The notes: generated by a model from the sequence alone, not told the origin. A stretch of 64,000 bases of DNA from an uncultured Streptococcus sp. (GCA_900755085.1 CAAEFF010000183.1:1755-65754), one strand, 5' to 3'. Positions 35,870-46,230 are shown, counted from the first letter of the stretch. Numbers and translations: made by a program.

Positions 35870-36529
35870 ATGATCAACTTTTATTTTTTTACCATCGGTA
35901 CTTGTATCGCCTCTTTTTTGGGGCTAGTGGTCGACCGTTTTCCAAACCAATCCGTTCTCGCTCCTCGCAGTCATTGCGATCACTGCCAGCACATCCTTGG
36001 CGTTTGGGATCTCATCCCCATTCTCTCACAACTACTGCATCGTTTTCGCTGTCGCTATTGTCATCAGACCTACCCATTTTGGTACTGCCTTTTTGAGGTC
36101 TGGAGTGGCCTGCTCTTTTTAGCCTGTGCCAATGGTTTCCTTTCTCTGCCTCAACTTCTGACGTTACTCGGATCTGCTGTTTTAGCCATCTATGACCTAC
36201 GCTTTATGGAATACCCCTTGGTCATCTGGTGTTGTCTCCATACCTTAGTCCTCTTTTTATCCGGTAGTAATCTCCTCATGCTGGTCTTTTTACTCCTTGC
36301 GATCGGTGCCCACTTTTTCTTCATCGGAATGGGAGCGGGGGATTTTCTCCTAGTCGCTACCTTCTCACTGACCTTCTCTTCTACCAAGATTCTCTGGCTC
36401 ATTCAGATCGCTTCTATTTTAGGAATTCTCGTTTTTACCCTCAAAAAAGAAAGAGACCAGATTCCCTTTGTTCCTTGTCTCTTTCTCAGTTATCATGCCG
36501 TATTGCTGTTTTCGATGTTTAGCAAATAA
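35870..36529 (+). CDS. cclA: Type IV prepilin peptidase (A24), late competence
   Basis: RSHCDHC...DLIP...CRYC zinc domain; YDL and GMGAGD aspartyl motifs; cin box. Confidence 0.92.
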   Translation: MINFYFFTIGTCIASFLGLVVDRFPNQSVLAPRSHCDHCQHILGVWDLIPILSQLLHRFRCRYCHQTYPFWYCLFEVWSGLLFLACANGFLSLPQLLTLLGSAVLAIYDLRFMEYPLVIWCCLHTLVLFLSGSNLLMLVFLLLAIGAHFFFIGMGAGDFLLVATFSLTFSSTKILWLIQIASILGILVFTLKKERDQIPFVPCLFLSYHAVLLFSMFSK

Positions 36530-36535
36530 GCCTAC

Positions 36536-37723
36536 TTATTTTGCAGCTTTGGCTTCTAAATAGTCTGCAATAGCTGCCACGTCCTTGTCTCCACGTCCTG
36601 AAACGTTGATGATGATGATCTGATCTTTGTCCAATTGTGGAGCACGTTTCACAGCTTCTGCAATGGCGTGTGAACTTTCAATGGCCGGGATGATCCCTTC
36701 TGTCTTACTGAGAAGGAGAAGAGCTTCTACCGCTTCATCATCTGTTGCTGCTACATATTCAACACGACCAGAATCTTTAAAGAAAGCATGCTCTGGACCA
36801 ACTCCTGGGTAGTCCAAACCAGCAGAGATGGAGTAAACGGGTGCGACTTTTCCATCTTGGCCAAAGACAGCGTAAGTCTTCATGCCATCAACAACCCCTA
36901 CAGTCCCCTTGGTCATGGTCGCTGCGTGTTGGTCTGTATCTAGGCCATGTCCTGCCGCTTCAACTCCAACCAATTTGACTTCCTCATCGCCTACATATTG
37001 GGAGAAGGCACCGATGGCATTGGAGCCACCACCGACACAGGCAATCACATAATCCGGCAAACGGCCTTCTTTTTCCAAGATTTGACGTTTAGATTCTTCA
37101 CTGATTACTTTTTGGAATTCATGCACAATGGTTGGGTAAGGGTGAGGGCCAACAGCAGAACCCAAAACGTAAAAGGCATCCAGATCCGCCATCCATGCTC
37201 CAAACGCCGCATCAACGGCATCTTTCAAGGTCTTAGTACCGGTTTCAACCGCATGGACGGTTGCCCCCATCATTTCCATGCGGAAGACATTCAAGCGTTG
37301 GCGTTCCACGTCTTCTGCCCCCATGTAGACATCACAGGCCATGCCAAACTTAGCTGCCGCTGCTGCTGTAGCCACACCGTGTTGACCTGCTCCTGTTTCA
37401 GCAATCACGCGAGTTTTGCCCATGCGCTTAGCCAAGAGGATTTGCCCCAAGACGTTATTTAATTTATGCGAACCTAGGTGATTCAAGTCTTCGCGCTTCA
37501 AATAAATTTTTGCCCCACCTAAATGATCTGTCAAACTTTCCGCAAAGTAGAGTGGTGTTTCGCGTCCAGAATAATCTTTCAAATAATGTTTGTATTCTGC
37601 GATAAATTCTGGATCATTTTTATACTGTTCAAAGGTTTCCTCTAATTGATTGAGCAAGTTTTGAATGGGTTCTGGTACGAAAGATCCACCAAATTGTCCG
37701 AAATAGCCTTTTGTTTCTGTCAT
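36536..37723 (-). CDS. trpB: Tryptophan synthase beta subunit (stand-alone)
   Basis: [15 protein letters not shown] (PLP lysine), [35 protein letters not shown]. Confidence 0.96.
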   Translation of the reverse strand: MTETKGYFGQFGGSFVPEPIQNLLNQLEETFEQYKNDPEFIAEYKHYLKDYSGRETPLYFAESLTDHLGGAKIYLKREDLNHLGSHKLNNVLGQILLAKRMGKTRVIAETGAGQHGVATAAAAAKFGMACDVYMGAEDVERQRLNVFRMEMMGATVHAVETGTKTLKDAVDAAFGAWMADLDAFYVLGSAVGPHPYPTIVHEFQKVISEESKRQILEKEGRLPDYVIACVGGGSNAIGAFSQYVGDEEVKLVGVEAAGHGLDTDQHAATMTKGTVGVVDGMKTYAVFGQDGKVAPVYSISAGLDYPGVGPEHAFFKDSGRVEYVAATDDEAVEALLLLSKTEGIIPAIESSHAIAEAVKRAPQLDKDQIIIINVSGRGDKDVAAIADYLEAKAAK

Positions 37724-37819
37724 GATTGTGTCCTCTTTTCTCTATCTTCAATCTTGTTTATGATCTTTTTCTCTCGCGGGCCCTTTGAGCTGCAGTCTCA
37801 CTGGGTTCCTATGAGATAC

Positions 37820-38077
37820 AAAAAACCTCACACAGAAAAATCTGTGTGAGGACGATTCGATACCGCGGTGCCACCTCAATTGTAGGAAGCTATTTTTTCT
37901 CCTACATCTCTGACCTGTCTAACAACAGGGTGCACGATAAGGTGTGCTCACCGAATTTTTATTGTTTCAAATTCATCATCATAAACGCATCAGCCCATTT
38001 CAAGATTCACCACTGCTTGTTCGCAATCACCACAAGCTCCCTGGAAGTGAGAAAAATCTCTACTTTTCTGATGTCTT
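37820..38077 (-). ncRNA. T-box riboswitch (Trp) leader of trpB
   Basis: Minus strand GAGGTGGCACCGCG T-box, terminator CCTCACACAGA/TCTGTGTGAGG plus U tract, UGG specifier at 37995-37997. Confidence 0.9.
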
Positions 38078-38147
38078 GAAGCTATTATAGCTCCCGCTTC
38101 TGATTTTGTCAACAAAAATTTTAAAAAGTGGTTAAAATGTTCGGATT

Positions 38148-38684
38148 TTACATTTCACCATTTTTTGCTAGCAATCGTGCTCTGAAATACTGAAAGCCTA
38201 TATAAGCCAGATAAGCCCCTAAGGTATTGGTCCACAAATCATCTAGCTCAAAGACACGATTGGCATCAAACAAGAGATCTAACAGAACTTGGCTGCATTC
38301 AATCCACAAGCTCATCGCAAAGCCGAAGCACAAGACCCGTTTGCGGCTCCTCAACCAGGGCCATAGCCAGAGAAGTTGAAAGACCAGCGGGCTTAACAAA
38401 AAGATATTGGCTATATTTTGGAGGATGACCTTAATGAGTTGGAGGACACTGGTAATCTGGCCAAGATTCATCACCGAATTAAGAGGAACTAGCAGGACGA
38501 CGATACGACCGAAATGTTGAATACCCGGTGTTTCCATACCTGGCTCTGGCTGTTGGGGCAAAAAACACATCAAACACAAGAGGATAAAATAGAAGAAGCT
38601 GCCACTCCGTAACAGCCTTCTTCCTCTTTTTGTTAGTTCTGTATGATCCATCAGCCCTTGTTTAAGGTTGCGCATGTTCAACAA
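38148..38684 (-). CDS. VanZ family membrane protein
   Basis: [30 protein letters not shown]. Confidence 0.85.
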   Translation of the reverse strand: MLNMRNLKQGLMDHTELTKRGRRLLRSGSFFYFILLCLMCFLPQQPEPGMETPGIQHFGRIVVLLVPLNSVMNLGQITSVLQLIKVILQNIANIFLLSPLVFQLLWLWPWLRSRKRVLCFGFAMSLWIECSQVLLDLLFDANRVFELDDLWTNTLGAYLAYIGFQYFRARLLAKNGEM

Positions 38685-39750
38685 TCGCTTTCTCCCGGTC
38701 CCGTTTCATGGTATTTGAACGCAATTGGCCACAGGCAGCATCAATATCTGTACCGTGCTCTTGACGCACTACACAGTTAACACCTTGTTTTTTCAAGGTA
38801 TCATAGAAGGCCATGACCCGTTCTTTTGGACTCCGGCTATATTGGTCATGCTCACTGACAGGATTATAAGGAATCAAGTTGACATAAGACAATTTCTTGA
38901 TATTCTTGAGCAATTCTGCCAACTCTAAGGCTTGCTCGACTCCATCATTGACTTCATTGAGCATGATGTACTCAAAGGTCACCCGACGGTTCGTAGTCTC
39001 AATATAGTATTCAATCGCCGCAAACAATTTTTCAATTGGAAAGGCCCGGTTGATCTTCATGATGCTAGAGCGCAAGTCATTGTTTGGAGCATGAAGGGAC
39101 ACTGCCAAATTGACCTGCACACCTTCATTTGCAAAGTCACGAATTTTATGAGCCAAACCAGAAGTTGACACTGTAATATGGCGAGCACCAATCGCTAATC
39201 CCTTGTCATCGTTGACCGTCCGGATAAATTTCAAGACATTGTTATAGTTGTCAAATGGTTCTCCGATCCCCATGACAACGATATGGCTGACCCGTTCATC
39301 TTGGCCACGTTCGTCAAAGTATTTTTGGACCAACATGATTTGAGACACGATTTCACCATTGTTCAAATCGCGTTGTTTTTTGATCAAACCAGAAGCACAG
39401 AAGGTACAACCGATATTACATCCTACTTGAGTCGTTACACAGACAGATAATCCATAGTGCTGACGCATCAAGACGGTTTCAATCAACATGCCGTCTGGCA
39501 ATTCAAAGAGGTACTTGACCGTCCCGTCTGCTGACTCTTGCACGATCCGTTGCTTGAGTGGGTTGACGACAAACTGATCATTCAACTTCGCAATCAAGTC
39601 CTTAGAAAGGTTGGTCATTTCTTCGAAGGACTGGACGCGTTTGCGATAGAGCCATTCCCAGATTTGTGCTGCACGGAATTTCTTTTCGCCGTTTTCTTCC
39701 GCCCAATCAATCATATCCTGGCGTGTTAAACTATAAATGGATGGTTTCAT
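38662..39750 (-). CDS. rlmN: 23S rRNA m2A2503 radical-SAM methyltransferase RlmN
   Basis: [22 protein letters not shown]. Confidence 0.97.
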   Translation of the reverse strand: MKPSIYSLTRQDMIDWAEENGEKKFRAAQIWEWLYRKRVQSFEEMTNLSKDLIAKLNDQFVVNPLKQRIVQESADGTVKYLFELPDGMLIETVLMRQHYGLSVCVTTQVGCNIGCTFCASGLIKKQRDLNNGEIVSQIMLVQKYFDERGQDERVSHIVVMGIGEPFDNYNNVLKFIRTVNDDKGLAIGARHITVSTSGLAHKIRDFANEGVQVNLAVSLHAPNNDLRSSIMKINRAFPIEKLFAAIEYYIETTNRRVTFEYIMLNEVNDGVEQALELAELLKNIKKLSYVNLIPYNPVSEHDQYSRSPKERVMAFYDTLKKQGVNCVVRQEHGTDIDAACGQLRSNTMKRDREKAIVEHAQP

Positions 39751-39756
39751 TCTTTC

Positions 39757-40332
39757 TTACTCCTCTTTTTGTCGAATCACAAAATGACGTTTGTTGTCTG
39801 TCTTAGTTGTCTTTTTAGTCTCAGCAGACGATCTTGTTTTTTTCGAGTTTTTGGCTGGTTGTCCCTTGTCGCGTTCTCGTTTTTGGAAACGATCTTTTTG
39901 TTTGCGATTGCGCGAACGCTTCTTCGGCTCTCTTTCTTCTGATTGAGCTTTTTTGACCGGTGATTTCTTATCAAAAGAAGCACGATGGGGTTCCTTATTT
40001 TCAAGGACAAAATAAGCACAACCATAGCTACAATATTCTAACAAATAATCGTCTAAGCGACTTAATTTATCCATCGTTGCAACATCGCGCTCTTCCTTAT
40101 AGAAGCCACGCAAGCGCAACTGCTCATTGCTCCAATCACCAACAATGTAATCAAACTTGGTTAAAATCTCAGAAAATCGCTGACCAAAAACAGTCGCATC
40201 AAAAGCTTCCTTCTCATTTTTCAAGAGCTCAAAGGAGAGGTTTTCTGAAAGGATCTGGTCTCCTACCTGACGAAACACAGGTCCAGGAAATTTATTGTAA
40301 TTATATAATTCAGGGTCAATCTCTTTTCGCAT
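39757..40332 (-). CDS. YutD/DUF1027 family protein
   Basis: DYIVGDWSNEQLRLRGF...YCSYGCAYF with basic tail. Confidence 0.88.
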   Translation of the reverse strand: MRKEIDPELYNYNKFPGPVFRQVGDQILSENLSFELLKNEKEAFDATVFGQRFSEILTKFDYIVGDWSNEQLRLRGFYKEERDVATMDKLSRLDDYLLEYCSYGCAYFVLENKEPHRASFDKKSPVKKAQSEEREPKKRSRNRKQKDRFQKRERDKGQPAKNSKKTRSSAETKKTTKTDNKRHFVIRQKEE

Positions 40333-40450
40333 AGTGTTCCTTCATCAAAATCTATTTACTGTAACACTTTATTTTATCATAAATTTGATGACTTGCGTCA
40401 GATTTGACTAGAAAAGAGTGGAAATTCAACATTGAAAGTTTCCAAAAGGA

Positions 40451-40481
40451 AAAAGAGACAAAGAAGGCAATCTTTGTCTCT
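40451..40481 (-). terminator. Terminator after the histidine kinase
   Basis: AGAGACAAAGA-aggcaa-TCTTTGTCTCT with adjacent A tract. Confidence 0.8.
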
Positions 40482-42192
40482 ATACATGTTCATCAGATGA
40501 TGAAAGGGGTAAAAATAGAGTAATTTTGGTATAGCTATTGGCCTTAGAATCAATCTCCATATGATAGGCTTCGCCAAATTGAAGATGCAATCGTTGGTCC
40601 ACATTTTTCAAGCCAACACCTCCTAAACGAAGAAGGGTTTGGTCTGTTGATTCTGATCGATCAAACCCTCGTCCATTGTCAAAAATCGATACGCAGGCGT
40701 AGTCTCCACTGACTTCAGTTGTCACTCGAATGAGACCTGGCCGATCGATCTCTTTAATGCCATGGTAAATCGCATTTTCCACTAAGGGTTGAAGCACTAA
40801 TTTGGGGAGCTGATAGTCGACCAACCGTTCATCTTCTAGAATTTCATAATTGAGCTTTTCACCATAACGTTGCTTCTGAATGAAAAGATACTGGCGGACA
40901 TGGTCGATTTCATCTCTCAGTAGGATTTGTTCCTGGCCTTGGTTGAGAGCCAGTCGAAAATATTGGGCCAAAGACTTGGTGATGTCGACCACGCGCCGAC
41001 TATCGTTAAACTCTGCCATCCAGACAATCGTATCCAAGGTATTGTAGAGGAAATGCGGATTAATCTGAGCCGAAAGTGCCCGCAACTCGTACCGACGTGC
41101 GTTCTGCTCCTCTTCCTTAACCTGTTGCATGAGGTTATCGATTTGGTCCAACATGGCATTAAAAGCTTGAGCGAGGGCCACCAATTCTGGAGATCCTTTG
41201 GCTGCAGCCCTCACGTGAGCATCTCCTGCTCCAATCCTCAAAATGATAGTCTGAAGGTCTTGTAAGGGTTTGATCCACAAACGCAGAACAAAGCCGATCC
41301 CTATCAAACACATGATCAAAGCTAGTAATCCTAGACCAATGAAAGAGTACAGGAGTTGCGACTGCAGCATCTGAAGACCTTCAAGTGAAGCCACTCCAAT
41401 CAAGGTCCAATCGCTATCTGGAATCGGAACCTGATAGATAAAATTCTGTCCTCCTTTAGCATAGCCATCTGTCACAGCAATATAGGGCTGCATGGCCTGC
41501 ATTTCTTGGCTGGAGGAATAGACCGCCTTTTTAGGATGGTAGACAAACTCATGCTTTTGATTAATGATAAAACTAAAGCCTTGTCTCCCTAGTTGAAGGT
41601 GATCCAAGTAAGCCTGAAGGCTATCGTAGCCAATATCCAAGCGTACGACTCCGAGATTTTGACCAGCCTGATCGACCACTTCTTGGGTAATAGAAACCAC
41701 CCATTTTTCTTTTTCCGAGGTCAAGGATTCCTTTCGAGCTGGCGTCAAAACTGGCATGGCTCTTTCCTTAATCGCCTCTTGATACCAACTTTCATTCATC
41801 ATATCTGAGGAAGTCTGCATGCTGATTTTGGAATCTGTCGCTACCAGACGTCCATCCTTGGTCACCAAGACCGCTGAGACCAGGTCCGGATCCGTTTCTA
41901 TCATCGTTCGCATCAAGTGTTGAACCGTTTCTTGATCCGCACTCTTGTCTTGGGCAAATTGGCGAACAGCCTGTTCCTTGCTAAGCACCGTTGTCGTCTG
42001 CTTTAATTTTTTTAGATAAGAGGTGATAAACTGACTGCTTTGATCGATACTATTTCTTGTCGTCCGTTCCGTTAGCTGGCGGATCGTACCTGAACTCGTT
42101 TGATAGTAAAGGCTACCGATGAGACCAAAAAGTAGGAGAATGAAGAGAAAAAAGTAGAGGACCAGCTGAATCAGCAAGGGATATCGTTTCAT
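40480..42192 (-). CDS. YesM-like sensor histidine kinase (Cache + HAMP; pneumococcal HK09-like)
   Basis: AQINPHFLYNTL, QPLVENAIYHG, DNGRG, GVGLKNV; two TM segments. Confidence 0.92.
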   Translation of the reverse strand: MKRYPLLIQLVLYFFLFILLLFGLIGSLYYQTSSGTIRQLTERTTRNSIDQSSQFITSYLKKLKQTTTVLSKEQAVRQFAQDKSADQETVQHLMRTMIETDPDLVSAVLVTKDGRLVATDSKISMQTSSDMMNESWYQEAIKERAMPVLTPARKESLTSEKEKWVVSITQEVVDQAGQNLGVVRLDIGYDSLQAYLDHLQLGRQGFSFIINQKHEFVYHPKKAVYSSSQEMQAMQPYIAVTDGYAKGGQNFIYQVPIPDSDWTLIGVASLEGLQMLQSQLLYSFIGLGLLALIMCLIGIGFVLRLWIKPLQDLQTIILRIGAGDAHVRAAAKGSPELVALAQAFNAMLDQIDNLMQQVKEEEQNARRYELRALSAQINPHFLYNTLDTIVWMAEFNDSRRVVDITKSLAQYFRLALNQGQEQILLRDEIDHVRQYLFIQKQRYGEKLNYEILEDERLVDYQLPKLVLQPLVENAIYHGIKEIDRPGLIRVTTEVSGDYACVSIFDNGRGFDRSESTDQTLLRLGGVGLKNVDQRLHLQFGEAYHMEIDSKANSYTKITLFLPLSSSDEHV

Positions 42193-42932
42193 TCATGCTC
42201 TCCTTTTTTGTACTGCCTTGGTGTCACCCCAACCACCTGCTTAAAGCGTTGAGAAAAATAGTTCATATCTTCAAAACCAACCTGATCGGCAATCTCATAA
42301 ATCTTTAAATCTGTCGTGAGAAGTAAGAGTTGAGCCTTCTTCATTCGCTCTTGGATGAGATACTCTTGAAAAGGAAGTCCCAATTTTTTCTTGATCAATA
42401 CACTTAGATACGAGGCACTGAAACCAAGTTGGTAGGCTAAATCCTTTAGGGTTAACTGAGGATCTGCTAAACGAGCATGAATGGCTTCTTCCAACTCTGT
42501 CGAATAACCATGGCTGACCAAATTTTCGACTTGCGCCTTCTTTCGCTCTTTGTCTAGCTTTCCTTTCACCTTGGCTAACATCTCTTCAATATCATCTTTT
42601 GAGAAAGGCTTCAGCAAATAATCATCTGCACCTAACTTGATGGCTTTCCTCGCAAACTCAAAGTCATCATAACCTGTCAAAAAAATGATATGACAAGATG
42701 GAGATTGCTCTTTAACGAGATGGGCCAGATCCAAGCCATTCATTTGTGGCATATTGATATCGGTTAGAAGGATGTCGGCTGGTTGCTCTTGAAACTTCTT
42801 CCAGGCCTCACGTCCATTTTCTGCCTGATTGATGACAGTCATTCCAAACTGTTCATAGTCGACCAAGGAAGTCAGTCCTTGCCGAATCAGCTCTTCATCT
42901 TCCACAATCATGATCGCGTACATGTCTTTCAC
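42189..42932 (-). CDS. YesN-like response regulator with AraC HTH (RR09-like)
   Basis: VEDE, TDINMP, YLLKP; C-terminal IADQVGFEDMNYFSQRFK. Confidence 0.92.
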   Translation of the reverse strand: MKDMYAIMIVEDEELIRQGLTSLVDYEQFGMTVINQAENGREAWKKFQEQPADILLTDINMPQMNGLDLAHLVKEQSPSCHIIFLTGYDDFEFARKAIKLGADDYLLKPFSKDDIEEMLAKVKGKLDKERKKAQVENLVSHGYSTELEEAIHARLADPQLTLKDLAYQLGFSASYLSVLIKKKLGLPFQEYLIQERMKKAQLLLLTTDLKIYEIADQVGFEDMNYFSQRFKQVVGVTPRQYKKGEHE

Positions 42933-42981
42933 CTACTTGTTTTTGCTATACTTATTATAGCAAATTATGAGCTGAATTGTC

Positions 42982-44103
42982 TCAGACATAGTCCAATAAA
43001 TAACCGTAGCCTTTTTCTTTCATTTCTGCTTTGGGAATGAAGGTGATAGACAAACTATTGATGCAATAGCGGAGCCCACCTTTTCCCTTGGGACCATCTG
43101 TAAAGACATGGCCTAGATGAGAATTTCCCACACGGCTCCGAACTTCTGTCCGAGTCATATTAAAACTCTTGTCCTCCTTATAGACCGCCACATCAGGACT
43201 AATCGGCCGACTGAAACTTGGCCAACCACAGCCAGAATCAAATTTATCCTTAGAGGAGAAGAGGGGCTCACCGGTCACGACATCTACATAAATACCAGCA
43301 TCAAACTGATCCCAGTAACGATTGGAGAAGGCTCGTTCGGTATCATTTTTTTGTGTCACCGCATACTCTTCAGGAGATAACTTCTTTTTGATCTCCTCAT
43401 CACTCGGCTTGGAGTAGCGGCTTGCATCAATCACTGGATAAGAAGCTTGATTGACATCGATATGACAGTACCCATTTGGATGTTTCTTTAGATAATCCTG
43501 GTGGTAGTCCTCAGCCTTGATGAAATTGGTCAGTGGCTCTTTTTCCACTGCTAACGGTTTGTCGTATTTTTTTGCTTCTTCTTCAAAGACTTGGTTAATG
43601 GTTGGAAGGTCTTCTTGGGAGACATAATAGACACCTGTTCGGTATTGAGTCCCTTGATCATTTCCTTGACGATTCTTCGATGTGGGGTCGATAATTCGGA
43701 AATAGTGCAGGAGCAATTCTTTCAGAGATACCTTCTTGACATTGTAAGTGATGTGAACTGTTTCAGCATGGCCTGTTTGAGGGACCAATTCATACTTGGT
43801 TGTATCTCCCTTCCCATTGGCGTAGCCTGATACAGCATCAATCACACCTGGAACACGGGAGAAATATTCCTCTACGCCCCAGAAGCAACCACCAGCCAAA
43901 TAAATTTCGCGCTGATCCTTTGGATCAACTTTTTCATTTGTTTTCTTTTTGACTACTGGAGTCTGACTCATCGATGCTTTTTTAATCATCTCAGTGCTTG
44001 TTTCTGATTGATCCATTCCATTTGATCCCTTACTAAAGAAAAAGAAACCAATCGATAATAAGCCAATGAGAAGGATAGCAAACACTTTCCATTTTGTTTC
44101 CAT
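42982..44103 (-). CDS. msrAB: Membrane-anchored bifunctional methionine sulfoxide reductase MsrAB
   Basis: N-terminal TM; MsrA GGCFWG and YHQDY; MsrB GCGWPSF, HLGHVF, RYCINS. Confidence 0.96.
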   Translation of the reverse strand: METKWKVFAILLIGLLSIGFFFFSKGSNGMDQSETSTEMIKKASMSQTPVVKKKTNEKVDPKDQREIYLAGGCFWGVEEYFSRVPGVIDAVSGYANGKGDTTKYELVPQTGHAETVHITYNVKKVSLKELLLHYFRIIDPTSKNRQGNDQGTQYRTGVYYVSQEDLPTINQVFEEEAKKYDKPLAVEKEPLTNFIKAEDYHQDYLKKHPNGYCHIDVNQASYPVIDASRYSKPSDEEIKKKLSPEEYAVTQKNDTERAFSNRYWDQFDAGIYVDVVTGEPLFSSKDKFDSGCGWPSFSRPISPDVAVYKEDKSFNMTRTEVRSRVGNSHLGHVFTDGPKGKGGLRYCINSLSITFIPKAEMKEKGYGYLLDYV

Positions 44104-44114
44104 TGTCTATCTCC

Positions 44115-44678
44115 TTACTGCATGTTCTCTAGGGTCTTGAGGATATCCTCTTTATTCATATAGCCGATATGACTCTTCGATAAAGTCCCATCACTATTGA
44201 TAAAGAGTGCCGATGGATAAGACCGAATCCCATATTCTTTGAGCAAATCTCCTTTATTATCCAGCAAGACCGGGAAATCCTTGTAATCCAAAGACTGATA
44301 CCAGTTTTTGAAATCTGCTGCTGATTTTTCACCATTAAAGGTTGGAGCTACAACGGATAAAACCACGTAATCCTTACCTGCCTCTTCTTTTGCCAACTCA
44401 TTGGTATCCTCTAATGTCGATAGACAAATAGAGCACCAGGAAGCCCAAAATTTGAGGTAAACTTTCTTCCCTTTGTAATCAGATAAGCGGTAGGTCTTGC
44501 CATCCACTCCTTGCAGGCTAAACTCCTTCACTTTCTTGCCAGATGGTTGCCTAGCCCCAGCTTTGGCTGTTTGTTGGCTCATGTTCTTATTGGAAGTGGC
44601 CATTCCTTGGCTCGAACAAGCGCCCAGAAGTCCAGCGCATACAAATCCAGTAGCTACTAAAGCTAATTTTTTCATCAT
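44115..44678 (-). CDS. TlpA/Etrx1-like thioredoxin lipoprotein
   Basis: Lipobox LGAC; WASWCSIC active site; cis-Pro SYP; start at 44678 after GAGGTG. Confidence 0.92.
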   Translation of the reverse strand: MMKKLALVATGFVCAGLLGACSSQGMATSNKNMSQQTAKAGARQPSGKKVKEFSLQGVDGKTYRLSDYKGKKVYLKFWASWCSICLSTLEDTNELAKEEAGKDYVVLSVVAPTFNGEKSAADFKNWYQSLDYKDFPVLLDNKGDLLKEYGIRSYPSALFINSDGTLSKSHIGYMNKEDILKTLENMQ

Positions 44679-44800
44679 TATCACCTCTTTAAACAAGGAG
44701 AAAGTCATCCTCATATAACTTAGAATGCAGACAAACTTTTTTTAACATAAAACAACCTAAGTAGTGCTATAAACATAGAATGAGAAAGCATATTAGGTAC

Positions 44801-44974
44801 ATTGAAATACACACTGAAACTTTCCGCTGTGAGAAAAGTGTTAGAAACATAAATGTTTCTAACACCCGGGAGTTTTGGAACTTCAGGGCCAAAACTAAGT
44901 CATGGAACTTCTTCGAAGTTCGCTGACGTCCGTCCTCACCTAAGGAAAGTTTCTAAGATGACGTTGTCTTCAAT
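44801..44974. repeat. Multi-branched structured intergenic element (family B)
   Basis: Closing stem GAAACTTTCC 44816-25 / GGAAAGTTTC 44944-53; GTGAG/CTCAC; three internal hairpins. Confidence 0.7.
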
Positions 44975-45009
44975 CTGAGTCATCCTCAGATGACCTCTCC
45001 CTTCTTTCA

Positions 45010-45330
45010 TTAGTTGTCTGATTTCATTTCCGATGAGTTGCTCGTATCCTCCTTCATACTAGAGTCGCTAGAGTTCATCTCATCTTTTTTCATATCGTCC
45101 TTCATTTCAGAACTGCTATCGGACATCATTGATGAATCTTTCTTGTCCTCTTTTTTCATTTTATCATCGGACATGGACGAATCCTTCATGTCGTCCTTCT
45201 TCATATCGTCCTTCTTCATCATGCTACTATTGTCCATTTTTTTCATATCTGAATCTGATTTCTGTCCAGAACAAGCTGCTAAAGTGACGATGCTAAGTGT
45301 AGCAATGGAAAGTGCAAGAATTTTTTTCAT
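45010..45330 (-). CDS. Methionine-rich low-complexity lipoprotein with MKKDD-like repeats
   Basis: AAGGAG RBS; signal peptide with LAAC lipobox (Cys20); 15 Met in the 86 following residues. Confidence 0.88.
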   Translation of the reverse strand: MKKILALSIATLSIVTLAACSGQKSDSDMKKMDNSSMMKKDDMKKDDMKDSSMSDDKMKKEDKKDSSMMSDSSSEMKDDMKKDEMNSSDSSMKEDTSNSSEMKSDN

Positions 45331-45356
45331 GATTTTTCTCCTTTAATCCTTTAAGA

Positions 45357-46067
45357 TTAGTGAAACAGGGATGCGAGGCTATTAAGATTTCCCAGCATCA
45401 GCAAGATACCCATCAAGATGATGAGGGCACCACCAATTTTTTTCAAGGTTCCCATATGGGGCTTGAGTTTAGCAAAATGTTGTAGAACCCAGCTAGAAGC
45501 CAGAGCCAAGACTAAGAAGGGTAGCGCCAATCCCAATGTATAGACCAGCATCAGGAAAGCACCTTGTAAAGCACCATCTCCTCCAGAAGCGGCAATGGCT
45601 AGAACAGAGCTCAAAACTGGTCCGACACAAGGGGTCCAACCAAAACTGAAGGTGACCCCTATCAGAAAAGCATTGAAGAATTCATTGCGTTTTTCGTCCT
45701 TCTTCAGTTGGATACTCTTTTGTTTTTGGAGTTGCTGAAGATTGATGAGGCCCATCTGATGGATTCCCAATAAGATGACAACCCCTCCTAGCAGATAGCG
45801 AAACCATGGAGCATAGAGTACCTGACCAAGGGCCCCTGCACCGTATCCTAGAATCAGGAAAACAGTTGATAGACCTGCGATAAAACAAAGAGTCTTGACC
45901 AGGCCGTACCAAGAAATTTCTCTTCCAAAAATCCGAACAGTTTTCACACGCTCAGAATCCAATAGAATCCCTACATAGACTGGCATCAGTGGCAAAATAC
46001 ACGGGGAGAAAAAGGATAGAACTCCCGCTAAGAATACTGAAATGGAAAACAGGCTATTTTCAATCAT
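45357..46067 (-). CDS. ccdA: CcdA/DsbD-type membrane electron transporter
   Basis: SFFSPCILP and GWTPCVGP; start MIENS at 46067 after GGAGG. Confidence 0.95.
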   Translation of the reverse strand: MIENSLFSISVFLAGVLSFFSPCILPLMPVYVGILLDSERVKTVRIFGREISWYGLVKTLCFIAGLSTVFLILGYGAGALGQVLYAPWFRYLLGGVVILLGIHQMGLINLQQLQKQKSIQLKKDEKRNEFFNAFLIGVTFSFGWTPCVGPVLSSVLAIAASGGDGALQGAFLMLVYTLGLALPFLVLALASSWVLQHFAKLKPHMGTLKKIGGALIILMGILLMLGNLNSLASLFH

Positions 46068-46230
46068 TTCAACTACCTCCCTTACTTTCTGATACCAGTA
46101 TAAAGAAAAAATCCCTCTAAAAATAGAGAGATTGATAAGCAAAAACTTGAATTTGATTAGAAGGTGAATCTTCCTATCTGCCAACTCTACCTCGTACTTT
46201 CAAGTATGAGACTGATCTAGCAAGATACTT

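Noticed and set aside
45010..45270. Short imperfect 15-bp DNA repeats as a possible CRISPR array or VNTR
   Set aside because: In-frame coding repeats (MKKDD) with no spacers and no cas genes.
45014..45346. 110-aa plus-strand Ser/Phe/Ile-rich ORF
   Set aside because: Antisense shadow of the Met-rich lipoprotein; only the minus-strand frame has an RBS, a lipobox and operon orientation.
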